Assembly (NCBI GenBank): GCA_964007735.1
Contig: CAXGAI010000006.1
Span: forward strand, 1-64,000
Length of the DNA stretch: 64,000 bases
Direction: 5' to 3'
From: an uncultured Rhodopirellula sp.
Lineage (GTDB): Bacteria > Planctomycetota > Planctomycetia > Pirellulales > Pirellulaceae
The stretch's first letter is position 1. Every line of letters begins with the position of its first letter. Positions 9,896 through 19,530 of the stretch are shown piece after piece. A program made the position numbers and the translations under genes. The notes beneath the pieces are model-generated. The model saw only the letters and a list, made by a program, of their open reading frames with translations. It was not told the DNA's origin and ran no database searches.

Positions 9896-11599
9896 TTAAT
9901 TATCAAGAAACCGTTTTGCAGTCACAATTTTACGGTCACGAAGCAGGGTTACACCAGCTGCCAATGTCGGGTCGACTTGTTCTAAAGGTAATGATCCATC
10001 TATCAATGGCTTGGCGACAGTATTGACTTCGATATCGGGACGAACTCCACGCTGACTAATCATGTGGCCGTCCGGAGAATAGAATCGAGCCGTGGTCAGA
10101 CGAAGCCCGCTATCATAAGTCGCTAGCGGGAAGATCCCCTGTACCGATCCCTTACCAAAACTCTTTGTGCCAACGATGGTTCCCCGCTGATGATCCTTGA
10201 TCGCTCCGGCAAAAATCTCTGCCGCGCTAGCCGATTTGCTATCAACTAAGACTGCTAATGGCATCTCCCAGGTTCCAAGATCGTGTGCCATATAGTCCAC
10301 ATCTTCATCCACACTACGCCCACGTGTTGCAACGATGGTACCGTTCTTGACAAAATGATCCGCGACCGAAACAGCACTGTCTACCAAACCACCAGGATTA
10401 CTTCTCACATCAATCACAAGTCGCTGCATACCTTGGTTGTGCAAGTCCCAAAGAGCTTTCTCAACGTCATCGGCCGTGTTTTTTTGAAAACTACGAATCC
10501 GCAAATAACCAATTCCCAAGCCTTTATCCAACATTTTTACGTCTTCAACGCTTGGAACCGTTACTTGCCGACGAGTCAGTGTCAAGCGGCGAACACTTCC
10601 ATTAGTAGCTACCAATACAATCTCCACTCGTGTTCCCTCAAGACCTTTAAGCATATCTGCGGCTTTGGCTGCAGCGACCTGTGGAATAATCTGGCGATTA
10701 ACCTCAATGATACGATCACCTTTTTTAATGCCGATATCTCCAGCCGGTCCACCCTCAATAACCCGGTCAATCAGTAGACACTTGTCAAGAATTCGCAACT
10801 CCACGCCCAGGCCCACGAAGTTGCCATTGATTTGGGAAAACATATCATCAAGTTCAGAGGTCGTCAGATAGGAGGAATAGCGATCAAGTAAACTAACCGA
10901 CCCGGCCATCATCTCCAGTATCGTGGCTTGATGCGGAAGTAAGTAGGTTTGGTTTGCCTGACGACTAACGTATTCGACGACATAAAGCACGTCCTGATAG
11001 TTACGAATATCCTGTCGTATCAACCAATGATCGATATTTTGTTTGAAGGCAGCATCACGCTCACTGTTTTTTTGCACTTTATGGAAGCTGCAAAACTGTT
11101 CGTTTTGAATGGCCAGTTGCAATTGCCAAAATCCATTCTTAACCAAATCCTTCCAGTCGGGATTTGTGTAGAAGTATGTGTCTATTTTTGTGAGGACTTC
11201 GCGAAAAATCGCTTTACTCGACATCAGGTCAAGATCACTAAGTGATTTTTGGTACGTGGAGTCGTTATAACGACGAGCAACATCCAACTGAGCTCGGCAA
11301 AGACGCACACGACCGCGCAACTGTAACGCTTCCGGAAAGGACTTAAGTGTCTTTTCATAAAGATTCACTGCAGCCCGCCAATTACCCTTGGATTCAAGCT
11401 CGGCACCTTCACTCACAACATTCTGAAATTGTGCTGCCAGAGTGAGATTCGCATTCAGCGTAGATTGGGCGGCCAGCGGCAAGGCCCACTGCAGGAGTAA
11501 TAGGAGGACGACACTGTGGAGCAGAATAAAAGCAGTCTTCTCTGAAAGACTCCTATGCACCTTGGAAAAGATGCGACTAATCCATTTGCCAATTTTCAT
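9896..11599 (-). CDS. S41 family C-terminal processing peptidase with PDZ domain
   Basis: GLGV PDZ loop, IDVRSNPGG, catalytic SASAAE and FGKG; N-terminal hydrophobic segment; true start uncertain. Confidence 0.9.
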   Translation of the reverse strand: MKIGKWISRIFSKVHRSLSEKTAFILLHSVVLLLLLQWALPLAAQSTLNANLTLAAQFQNVVSEGAELESKGNWRAAVNLYEKTLKSFPEALQLRGRVRLCRAQLDVARRYNDSTYQKSLSDLDLMSSKAIFREVLTKIDTYFYTNPDWKDLVKNGFWQLQLAIQNEQFCSFHKVQKNSERDAAFKQNIDHWLIRQDIRNYQDVLYVVEYVSRQANQTYLLPHQATILEMMAGSVSLLDRYSSYLTTSELDDMFSQINGNFVGLGVELRILDKCLLIDRVIEGGPAGDIGIKKGDRIIEVNRQIIPQVAAAKAADMLKGLEGTRVEIVLVATNGSVRRLTLTRRQVTVPSVEDVKMLDKGLGIGYLRIRSFQKNTADDVEKALWDLHNQGMQRLVIDVRSNPGGLVDSAVSVADHFVKNGTIVATRGRSVDEDVDYMAHDLGTWEMPLAVLVDSKSASAAEIFAGAIKDHQRGTIVGTKSFGKGSVQGIFPLATYDSGLRLTTARFYSPDGHMISQRGVRPDIEVNTVAKPLIDGSLPLEQVDPTLAAGVTLLRDRKIVTAKRFLDN

Positions 11600-11823
11600 A
11601 TAGGTCGTCCAAGCCGAAAGAGCGTTTTAAAGAGTTGTCGATAAGAAACAACTCAGCACTGCTCCAAGCATAGAACGCCAATGAGAACGGGCTGTTTTAA
11701 GGTTCAAAAACCTTAAAAATATAAACGGAAGAACCGGCATGACCCCACATCTACAGTCCGCTCTGCCCGCTCGTAACGACTGTAACGATCAGACAAAGAA
11801 ACTAGGGAGTTAGCTGCATTATC

Positions 11824-11854
11824 AAAAAACCTCGCTGCGACTACAGCGAGGCTT
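11824..11854 (-). terminator. Intrinsic terminator
   Basis: cctcgctg/cagcgagg stem with a U6 tail on the minus strand, downstream of the DUF1501 gene. Confidence 0.75.
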
Positions 11855-11883
11855 TATGAGTTAATGATTGTGACTACCTGATA

Positions 11884-13149
11884 TTAGACTAATTCCGCAA
11901 TCGGCTGGCGATGGTCCAAAAGATACTGAGGACGCCCATTCGGATCGACCAACTGAGAGGTTTGACAATTAACACCCATATTATGATATAGAGTGGCAAT
12001 CACTTCCTGAAAGTGCACCGGGCGATCTTTGGCATACTCAGCATTTTTACTAGAAGCTCCGATAACTTGCCCAAGACGCATACCACCACCGGCCATAAAG
12101 GCCATAGCTAGTCGTGGCCAGTGGTCACGCCCGGCTTTACTATTCACGCGGGGAGTTCGTCCAAACTCACCCCAGACGATCAACGTAACATCCTGGTCAA
12201 GTCCACGCTCACTGAGGTCTGTAAGCAATGCACTGACGCCCATATCCAATTCTGCCAGACGAGTCTTTAGTGATGTAAAGTTATTACTGTGAGTATCCCA
12301 GCCACCACTTTGGATTGTAACCACTCTCGTCCCTGCTTCGACCAAACGGCGCGCAATCAAAAGCTGACTGTATTTACTTCCGTATCGCTTAACGACATTA
12401 GGATCTTCAAGTTTAAGATCCAACGCATCTGCAACTGTTCCTGAGGTCACTAAATCAGCCGCTTGTTGTGTATAGGAGTCCAGAGCTTCCAATTGCCCTG
12501 AGGAATCGATATCACGACGGATCTGATCCAAAGAACCCAACAGTTTCCTCCGGTCCGATAGCCGTTCCTCACTAATGCTGCGCAGTTTCAAATCGGTACC
12601 ACTTGGTTTATAAGGACGATAGACAGGTCCAAGGTACCCTGGCTCTCCGCCTATATAGGAAATGTACGGAGGTGCCCCCGTTTCTGCTGTTCCGTGAATA
12701 CGCGCAATTACGCTGCCGAAGTAAGGACGTCCACCTACATTGCTGAGGTTTTTCTTGTCATAACCCGTGGAGGTATGAAAGTGGCTATGAGAATTTTGCA
12801 TTCCCACGAGAGATCGAATCACAGCAAACTTGTCAGCCATCGTCGACAGTTGTGGCATGTGCTCGCATATGTCCATTCCGGGAACATTGGTGTGAACAGG
12901 ATTAAACTCACCTCGAAATTCTGTCGGCGCATCGGGCTTAAGATCGAACATGTCCTGATGGGAAGGACCTCCTGCCAGATGGAGATGTATCACAGCTTTA
13001 TCCGTACTGCTATCAGCCACCTTGGACTCCGCTCGCAATAGCGACGGAAGGCTGAGTGCTCCTAATCCTCCACCACCGATTTGCAGGAAATCCCGGCGAT
13101 TCAATCCATCACAATAACCAGCAGACTGCTTTTTAAAGATCTTAAGCAT
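11884..13149 (-). CDS. DUF1501 domain protein, Tat-exported
   Basis: NRRDFL twin-arginine signal; GGPSHQDMFD, WDTH, GEFGRTP and GRDHWP motifs. Confidence 0.9.
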   Translation of the reverse strand: MLKIFKKQSAGYCDGLNRRDFLQIGGGGLGALSLPSLLRAESKVADSSTDKAVIHLHLAGGPSHQDMFDLKPDAPTEFRGEFNPVHTNVPGMDICEHMPQLSTMADKFAVIRSLVGMQNSHSHFHTSTGYDKKNLSNVGGRPYFGSVIARIHGTAETGAPPYISYIGGEPGYLGPVYRPYKPSGTDLKLRSISEERLSDRRKLLGSLDQIRRDIDSSGQLEALDSYTQQAADLVTSGTVADALDLKLEDPNVVKRYGSKYSQLLIARRLVEAGTRVVTIQSGGWDTHSNNFTSLKTRLAELDMGVSALLTDLSERGLDQDVTLIVWGEFGRTPRVNSKAGRDHWPRLAMAFMAGGGMRLGQVIGASSKNAEYAKDRPVHFQEVIATLYHNMGVNCQTSQLVDPNGRPQYLLDHRQPIAELV

Positions 13150-13343
13150 GAGCCTTAACCCTCTTCGGATTTACCAAATTACTAAAACTGCTATTTCGTC
13201 TTTCTATTAATATATACGTCATTCTGAACGAAAAATTCAAACGAAATTTGGTCACCTGTTAAACAGGAGAAGCTAGATGCGTCCGATTCCCCCTATTAAT
13301 AGGGGGGTGGGCGTAGGCTTTTCGTCGCTCTTAACAGAATTAC

Positions 13344-14393
13344 TTACAGCACTACAGCTGAGCCACTCTGAGCAGACTCTGCTTGCTTAGCACATAGTGT
13401 AATTGCATCGCGAGCCAGTTCTCCGCCAAGTAGAGAGGATGGTTGCCCCAATTCGATCGCGGAAACAGCTTCCTGAATCTCCAACACAAAACTGTCGACC
13501 GGATCACCGCTACCTAAATCAGGACGAAGCACGTTACCATCGGCATCAAATACTTTCAGCGGTGATACTTCCAGATCGGGATCTCCATTGAGTAAAGCAA
13601 ATGAAAACTGCATGGTTGCTTTTTCGAAGTGAGCCTCAAAGTTGTGTATAAACGGACGCCCCGGTTGATTCATCACCCCGCTATTAGAGGTAACCACAAT
13701 ATCGGAGTCTTCAAAATCAAATACGGTACTACAGTACTCCACCGTTTCGCCTCGAAAACGCCCACGTGTATTCACGGCAGTCGGCATGCCAAACAAGTAG
13801 CGGATCAAATGTGCATCATGAACATGCAGATCTATTAACGGACCACCCACTTTCTCCTCATCCCAAAAGTCTTTACCAAGCCATAATGGATCGGAGATTA
13901 CTCGATTGAAATGGCCGCCAAGCAACTTGCCATATTCACCGCTGGCAACCGCCTTTCTTAAGTAAGCATACTCGGGAAAAAAAGGCAGTACATGAGCCAC
14001 TAAGGCCTGGCGATCGTTTGCATTTGCCACAGCAACAATCTCTTCGCAGTCCTCTGCTGTAAGTGCCATCGGCTTTTCAATGAGGACATGCTTGCCAGAC
14101 TGAAGGGCACTCTTGGCAACCTCCGCATGCAGGTCAGGTGGTAAACAAATATCTATCAAATCTATCGATTCATCAGCAATCAATTCGTTAACATCACTGT
14201 ACCGCGACCAATCGGAAACATCGACTTGCTCACCCGGAGGCCCGAAGTTTCCCTGTATCGAAGTCCAGTCACCATTACGTTTTGCTTCATTGCGAGAACA
14301 AATGGCTTTGATTTGAGCCCCTGGCGCTTTTTGATAGGCGAGGTAGTGAATCCAACCCATAAATCCAATGCCGGTAATTCCAACGTTGATCAT
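13344..14393 (-). CDS. Gfo/Idh/MocA family oxidoreductase
   Basis: GIGFMG, HVLIEKP and DLHVHD motifs. Confidence 0.9.
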   Translation of the reverse strand: MINVGITGIGFMGWIHYLAYQKAPGAQIKAICSRNEAKRNGDWTSIQGNFGPPGEQVDVSDWSRYSDVNELIADESIDLIDICLPPDLHAEVAKSALQSGKHVLIEKPMALTAEDCEEIVAVANANDRQALVAHVLPFFPEYAYLRKAVASGEYGKLLGGHFNRVISDPLWLGKDFWDEEKVGGPLIDLHVHDAHLIRYLFGMPTAVNTRGRFRGETVEYCSTVFDFEDSDIVVTSNSGVMNQPGRPFIHNFEAHFEKATMQFSFALLNGDPDLEVSPLKVFDADGNVLRPDLGSGDPVDSFVLEIQEAVSAIELGQPSSLLGGELARDAITLCAKQAESAQSGSAVVL

Positions 14394-14419
14394 TACTATA
14401 TCCTTTTTGATCTCTATTT

Positions 14420-15910
14420 TTATCCCACGATAATGGCAAACCGTTCTGCGGCCTCATTCCAATCATAAGAAGTATCTGGTTCGAATGTATCTGAGATAAA
14501 ACTATTGCTTACGATTTCTCGTGCTTCGGCTACGGAAGCCACTGCCCCGTTCGCAATTAGTTGTACAAGTAAGTTTCCAATTGCCGTTGCTTCCATCGGA
14601 CCAGCGACAACGGGGCGTTGGCATGCGTCCGCCGTCATTTGACACAACAGTTGGTTTTGAGTACCCCCACCAACAATATGTACTATTTCAATCGCTCCAC
14701 CGGTCAGCGATTCCAGCATCCCTAATACGCTTTGGTATTTCAATGCCAGACTTTCCAATGCACAACGAATCATCTCACCAGGTGTTTCAGGAACCGATTG
14801 CCCCGTTTCACTACAGAATTGACGGATGGCCTGCGGCATCGATTCAGGATTTCCAAAGGATCCGTGATCCGGGTCGATGAACGATTGAAGCGGCTTGCTG
14901 GCAGCCGCAAGGTCAACCAACTCATCCCAACTATATTCCTGCCCTCCTTCACTCCAGGCCTGACGGCACTGCTGTACGATCCATAAGCCCGTGATGTTCT
15001 TGAGAACTCGAACGCTCCCACCAACACCTCCTTCATTTGTGAAATTTAGATCCAGACAACGATCATTAATAATCGGAGCAGCTACTTCCACTCCCATCAA
15101 CGACCAAGTGCCGCTACTGATATAGCACCAATTTGGCTGATTAGATAATACCTGAGTTGAAGGAACTGCCATGACGGCACTAGCGGTGTCATGCGTTCCT
15201 GGCAGAACCACCTCAAGATCAGCATGGCCTATTTCTTTAGCAACTGAGGAACGCAGCTTACCAAGTTTGGTTCCCGGCAATGCGATATTTCCAAGGATTG
15301 CGGCGGGCAAACCAAATTTCTCCATGAGGCCCAACGCCCACTCTCCAGTTTTTGGATTAAGAAGTTGCGTAGTGGTTGCATTAGTGAATTCGTTCGCCTT
15401 TTCTCCTGTGAGTAACCAATTGAAAAGATCCGGAATCATCAACAAATGTTCTGCAAATTCCAAAATTGGTGACTCGCGCCGTTGCAGTGCTAGCAACTGA
15501 AAAAGAGAATTGATCTCCATAAACTGCAGGCCTGTCTGAGAAAAAATCTCCTCCCTACTTACACGTTCAAATCCCCATTCGAGGATCCCATCTAATTGGG
15601 GATCCCGATAATGAAAAGGATTGCTGATGAGTTCATCGTTTTTCCCAAGTAATCCAAAATCGACGCCCCAAGTATCCAACCCCAGACTGACAATTTGATC
15701 GCCGTACTTGGCAGTCGCGGCGCTCAATCCCGTAACGATATGGTCCCATTGCCTGAGCATATCCCAGTACATACGTTCATTCGCTGCCGAACCGCCATTC
15801 TCAAAACGATAGACTTCGTCTAAGCCGATTTGCTGGCCATCGAATTTTCCGGCAACAACTCGCCCACTCGAACCACCAATATCCACTGCCAATAAAACTT
15901 GCTGCATCAA
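14420..15910 (-). CDS. rhaB: Rhamnulokinase/fuculokinase (FGGY family)
   Basis: AVDIGGSSGR, DTWGVD, HDTASAV, SSGTWSLMG, FTNEGG and EATAIGN motifs. Confidence 0.85.
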   Translation of the reverse strand: MMQQVLLAVDIGGSSGRVVAGKFDGQQIGLDEVYRFENGGSAANERMYWDMLRQWDHIVTGLSAATAKYGDQIVSLGLDTWGVDFGLLGKNDELISNPFHYRDPQLDGILEWGFERVSREEIFSQTGLQFMEINSLFQLLALQRRESPILEFAEHLLMIPDLFNWLLTGEKANEFTNATTTQLLNPKTGEWALGLMEKFGLPAAILGNIALPGTKLGKLRSSVAKEIGHADLEVVLPGTHDTASAVMAVPSTQVLSNQPNWCYISSGTWSLMGVEVAAPIINDRCLDLNFTNEGGVGGSVRVLKNITGLWIVQQCRQAWSEGGQEYSWDELVDLAAASKPLQSFIDPDHGSFGNPESMPQAIRQFCSETGQSVPETPGEMIRCALESLALKYQSVLGMLESLTGGAIEIVHIVGGGTQNQLLCQMTADACQRPVVAGPMEATAIGNLLVQLIANGAVASVAEAREIVSNSFISDTFEPDTSYDWNEAAERFAIIVG

Positions 15911-16106
15911 ATATCTCCCAATCGAATCCCTTCATTCTAATTAAATTTATTTAGGAGGCATCCACTCCTCAAATTCTTTGAAATGCTTCTTTTAATCCTC
16001 TTCGGGCCCGTTATACAAATACCGAAACAAAAGCGTCCATTGAAGAAATCCTAGAAATCACCTCCAGAATGCCCCAAGAATTACCGAAATTAATCAAATC
16101 AGCCGA

Positions 16107-16135
16107 TTGTTCACTTAGTTGATAATGTTTATAAT
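16107..16135 (+). promoter_or_regulatory. Sigma70-type promoter of cysH-rrf2
   Basis: TTGTTC-17 nt-TATAAT upstream of cysH. Confidence 0.55.
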
Positions 16136-16168
16136 ATTTTTTCATTCCGCGAGGGAGATTTTGGGGGA

Positions 16169-16918
16169 TTGGAAATCAAAAGTCAATTAAAAACATCGTC
16201 GTTTCAGCGAATTGAGCCAACCGAGGAGCTCCTGGCAGAAATAGATGCTGCCAGTATATCACTTGAGGACGCAGCTCCTATCGAAATACTCAAGTGGGCC
16301 GTTGCTCACTACGCTCCGCACTTCGCGATGGCTACAGCCTTCGGCCCGGAAGGAATGACGATGATCCATCTCCTGTCGACGTTCGCCCCGGAGACTCCTA
16401 TCTTCAATCTAGAAACAGGCTATCAATTCCAGGAAACTCTGGAGCTTCGCGATAAAGTTAAAGAACGTTACGGAATCGAAGTCCAGCTTGTTCGTCCTGA
16501 ACTCGATGTCGTTGCCTACGAAGAACTTCACGGCGGGCCGGTCTACAAATCAGATCCGAATAAATGCTGTTATGACCGTAAGCTGTCACTGTTGAAGAAG
16601 GTGGCCAACAATCTGCATTGCTGGTCCAGTGCCATTCGACGAGACCAAAGCCCAGATCGTGCTAAAGCCCCAATTGTCGGGTGGGATAAGAAGTTCGGAC
16701 TGATCAAAGTCAGCCCGCTGGCCAATTGCAGCAAGAAAGATATCTGGAAAATGATTATGGACAACGACATTCCATACAATCCGCTTCATGATGAAGGCTA
16801 TCCAAGTGTTGGCTGCTGGCCATGTACTCGCCCCATCGGAATCGGTGAAGATGAACGCGCCGGACGCTGGAGTGGTACTGGGAAAACTGAGTGTGGCCTA
16901 CATTCCATGGATGACTAA
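16169..16918 (+). CDS. cysH: APS/PAPS reductase, [4Fe-4S] (APS reductase) type
   Basis: CC pair (KCCYDRK), GYPSVGCWPC, RAGRW and C-terminal ECGLH. Confidence 0.92.
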   Translation: MEIKSQLKTSSFQRIEPTEELLAEIDAASISLEDAAPIEILKWAVAHYAPHFAMATAFGPEGMTMIHLLSTFAPETPIFNLETGYQFQETLELRDKVKERYGIEVQLVRPELDVVAYEELHGGPVYKSDPNKCCYDRKLSLLKKVANNLHCWSSAIRRDQSPDRAKAPIVGWDKKFGLIKVSPLANCSKKDIWKMIMDNDIPYNPLHDEGYPSVGCWPCTRPIGIGEDERAGRWSGTGKTECGLHSMDD

Positions 16919-16920
16919 TT

Positions 16921-17349
16921 GTGAATATTTCAGCAAAAACGGAATATGCCTGCATGGCGATCCTGGAACTGGCCAGCCGCTACAGTGAAAAAGCTCCCGT
17001 GCGGATCAAAGACATCTCGGAACGCCACGGTATTCCGAATCGTTTCTTAGTTCAAATCTTACTGCAACTCAAAGGGGCGGGGTTGGTCATCAGTATTCGG
17101 GGAGCATCCGGCGGTTACCGCTTAGCCCATTCTCCCAAAGACATTACCCTGGGCCAGGTAATGTCCATTGTTGACGGGCATTCGTCCCAGTTACACCAAA
17201 ATTCAGAAAACTCGACTCCGCTTTCTGCCATCCTCTTTTCTACCTGGACGATGATGCTGGAACGACACCAGTCACGACTCCACAAAATAACCTTTGCCGA
17301 CCTCTTAGAACAAGCTGCCGGACAATCTGAGGCAATGTACTACATCTAG
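16921..17349 (+). CDS. Rrf2 family transcriptional regulator, CymR-like
   Basis: Rrf2 winged helix (LKGAGLVISIRGASGGYRL); no Fe-S Cys triad; ends in MYYI; 2 nt after cysH. Confidence 0.85.
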   Translation: MNISAKTEYACMAILELASRYSEKAPVRIKDISERHGIPNRFLVQILLQLKGAGLVISIRGASGGYRLAHSPKDITLGQVMSIVDGHSSQLHQNSENSTPLSAILFSTWTMMLERHQSRLHKITFADLLEQAAGQSEAMYYI

Positions 17350-17641
17350 AAAGAAGAGCCCTTTCAAACAACTCCTCGATTTATGAAGAAACAGCATTCA
17401 CAACGTTTCTGCGGCGTAACCTTTAATTCAAAACACGCAATTTCTATCTGATTTCGCAGCTTGTCAAGCAATCGAGCCCCCACGGCATCTAGCCACTTGA
17501 CCACGCTTGAATCCGCCACTTAAACTAATGAGATGAAGGCAACACGCGGGCAATAGTGAGACCTTACCGACGCTACTATTCTGTACACAAGGTACGGGGT
17601 TCTTCCCTCAATTTGCCATCCTCGTACCCACAAGACAAATC

Positions 17642-18787
17642 ATGGCACCTCAAGTACTTGATGTTTACGACTCCGAAGACCCTAGAAAGGTCATTGGTAT
17701 TGCTGTCGAATTACTGAAAGACAATCAAATCGTGGCATTTCCAACTGAGACTGTCTACGGTTTAGGTGTAGCTATCAATGATGCCGCTGCGATCGAGAGG
17801 ATCTTCGAGATCAAAGGTCGTCCCGAATCCCAAGTACTGACCTTGGCCATCAACGACTCTAGCCAACTCATGAAGTTCGCCCCGAATTCAAGTAATTTAG
17901 CTAAACGTTTAGCTCGACGTTGCTGGCCGGGACCGCTCACCATGGTAGTTGACGCCAGTGACGACGATAGCCTGATTCAGTCATTGCCTGAAAACATCAT
18001 TCCGTTCATTGCTCCGCAAGGCTGGGTTGGCCTGAGAGTACCTAGTAATGAAGTCCTGCTTACGGTGCTGGAAGAATTGCAACAACCAATTGCACTAACA
18101 AGTGCTAATAAAAGTGGCGAAGCCGACGCAACGACCGCCCGGGAAGTTGCTGAACAACTGGGAGACAAACTCCCTTTAGTCGTTGATGGAGGCCCTACGA
18201 AAATTGGAACTCCCTCCACCGTCATTAAACTGGTCAAAGACAGAATCACTGTCCTTCGGGAAGGAGCTATCGACAACGACATGCTTGTCGAACTTGCTCA
18301 GCCTGAAATTGTCATTGTTTGCACTGGCAATACCTGCCGTAGTCCAATGGCTGAAGTATTGCTTAGGGAAAAGTTGTCGAAGGCACTCGGGTGTACACTG
18401 GACAACTTGGAAATCAAGGTACAATCCGCAGGGATTGCAGCCACCCCTGGTTCGCCTGCCGCATTACAAGCAGTCCAGGTCATGCACGAACAAGGTATCG
18501 ATCTTAACGATCACGAGAGCCAGCAACTTCATTACCAACTTGCTCTGCATGCCGACCTGCTATTAACCCTTTCCAATTCGCACCGCCGAGCTATCATTGG
18601 TGAGTGGCCGGAATTTGAACATAAGACATTTGTCATTGATCCTGATGAAGGTGATGTTGCTGATCCGTTTGGAGCTCCGGTAGAAGTCTACCAAGCCTGT
18701 GCGCAGCAAATCGACGACCTCCTTGATCAACGTCTACAGGAAATATTAGGCTTGCAACCTCCGGAAAACCTATTTGGAGAGAACTAA
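17642..18787 (+). CDS. tsaC: TsaC/Sua5 threonylcarbamoyl-AMP synthase fused to a low-molecular-weight protein phosphatase (YwlE-like)
   Basis: FPTETVYGL, KGR, WPGPLT, GLRVP and TSANKSG, followed by VCTGNTCRSPMAE and DVADPFG. Confidence 0.9.
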   Translation: MAPQVLDVYDSEDPRKVIGIAVELLKDNQIVAFPTETVYGLGVAINDAAAIERIFEIKGRPESQVLTLAINDSSQLMKFAPNSSNLAKRLARRCWPGPLTMVVDASDDDSLIQSLPENIIPFIAPQGWVGLRVPSNEVLLTVLEELQQPIALTSANKSGEADATTAREVAEQLGDKLPLVVDGGPTKIGTPSTVIKLVKDRITVLREGAIDNDMLVELAQPEIVIVCTGNTCRSPMAEVLLREKLSKALGCTLDNLEIKVQSAGIAATPGSPAALQAVQVMHEQGIDLNDHESQQLHYQLALHADLLLTLSNSHRRAIIGEWPEFEHKTFVIDPDEGDVADPFGAPVEVYQACAQQIDDLLDQRLQEILGLQPPENLFGEN

Positions 18788-18790
18788 AAA

Positions 18791-19231
18791 ATGCACATCT
18801 CAGTTGGAAGCGATCATCGCGGCTATAAAGTCAAAGCCAAGATCCTTGAGTTACTGGAGCGACTTGGCCATTCCACCAGTGATGCTGGGGCAAATGGTGA
18901 TGATAGTGTGGATTATCCAGACATTGCCAACACGGTCAGCCAAAAAGTTTCAGATGGCGAAAGCGACCGCGGCATCTTGATCTGTGGTACAGGTATCGGT
19001 ATGGCTATCGCCGCTAACAAGTACAAAGGCGTACGAGCTGCAACTTGCCATGATACCGTTACCGCTGAGATGAGCCGTCGTCATAACAACCTCAACGTGC
19101 TTTGCCTTTCAGCGGATTTATTCGGTGAACGAAGCGTTGAGCAGTTGGTGTCGATCTGGTTGGAAACTGAATTTGAAGGCGGTCGCCACGAACGTCGCAT
19201 CAATAAAATCTCAGACACCGAGGCCCGCTAA
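18791..19231 (+). CDS. rpiB: Ribose-5-phosphate isomerase B
   Basis: GSDHRG, DYPD, CGTGIG, HNNLNVL and FEGGRHERR motifs. Confidence 0.95.
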   Translation: MHISVGSDHRGYKVKAKILELLERLGHSTSDAGANGDDSVDYPDIANTVSQKVSDGESDRGILICGTGIGMAIAANKYKGVRAATCHDTVTAEMSRRHNNLNVLCLSADLFGERSVEQLVSIWLETEFEGGRHERRINKISDTEAR

Positions 19232-19257
19232 TCCAGGCGGAGTACTCCGTCAAACAG

Positions 19258-19283
19258 AGCACGGCGAAAGCCGTGTTTTTTTT
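19258..19283 (+). terminator. Intrinsic terminator after rpiB
   Basis: agcacggc-gaaa-gccgtgtt followed by a T run. Confidence 0.85.
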
Positions 19284-19530
19284 GATGCCAACACAGTAAA
19301 CCACGTTCAGGTCGTAACGATTATCATGCTAAAACCCCTGAAACGGTCTGAGATTTATACTCGTAACGGTCACGACGGATACCTTACGGGAATATCTCAA
19401 GTTACGATACAAATGATCAGAAATCAGTCTTGTTTCGACCCTTTGTCCAATTACGATTCAGAACATAGCACATCAAAACGAAACAGACATTCCATGAATG
19501 TCTGAACTGATAAGAAGATAAACGTAATCC

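Noticed and set aside
19125..19505. 126-aa ORF overlapping the end of rpiB
   Set aside because: Runs through the rpiB terminator and has no protein-like motif
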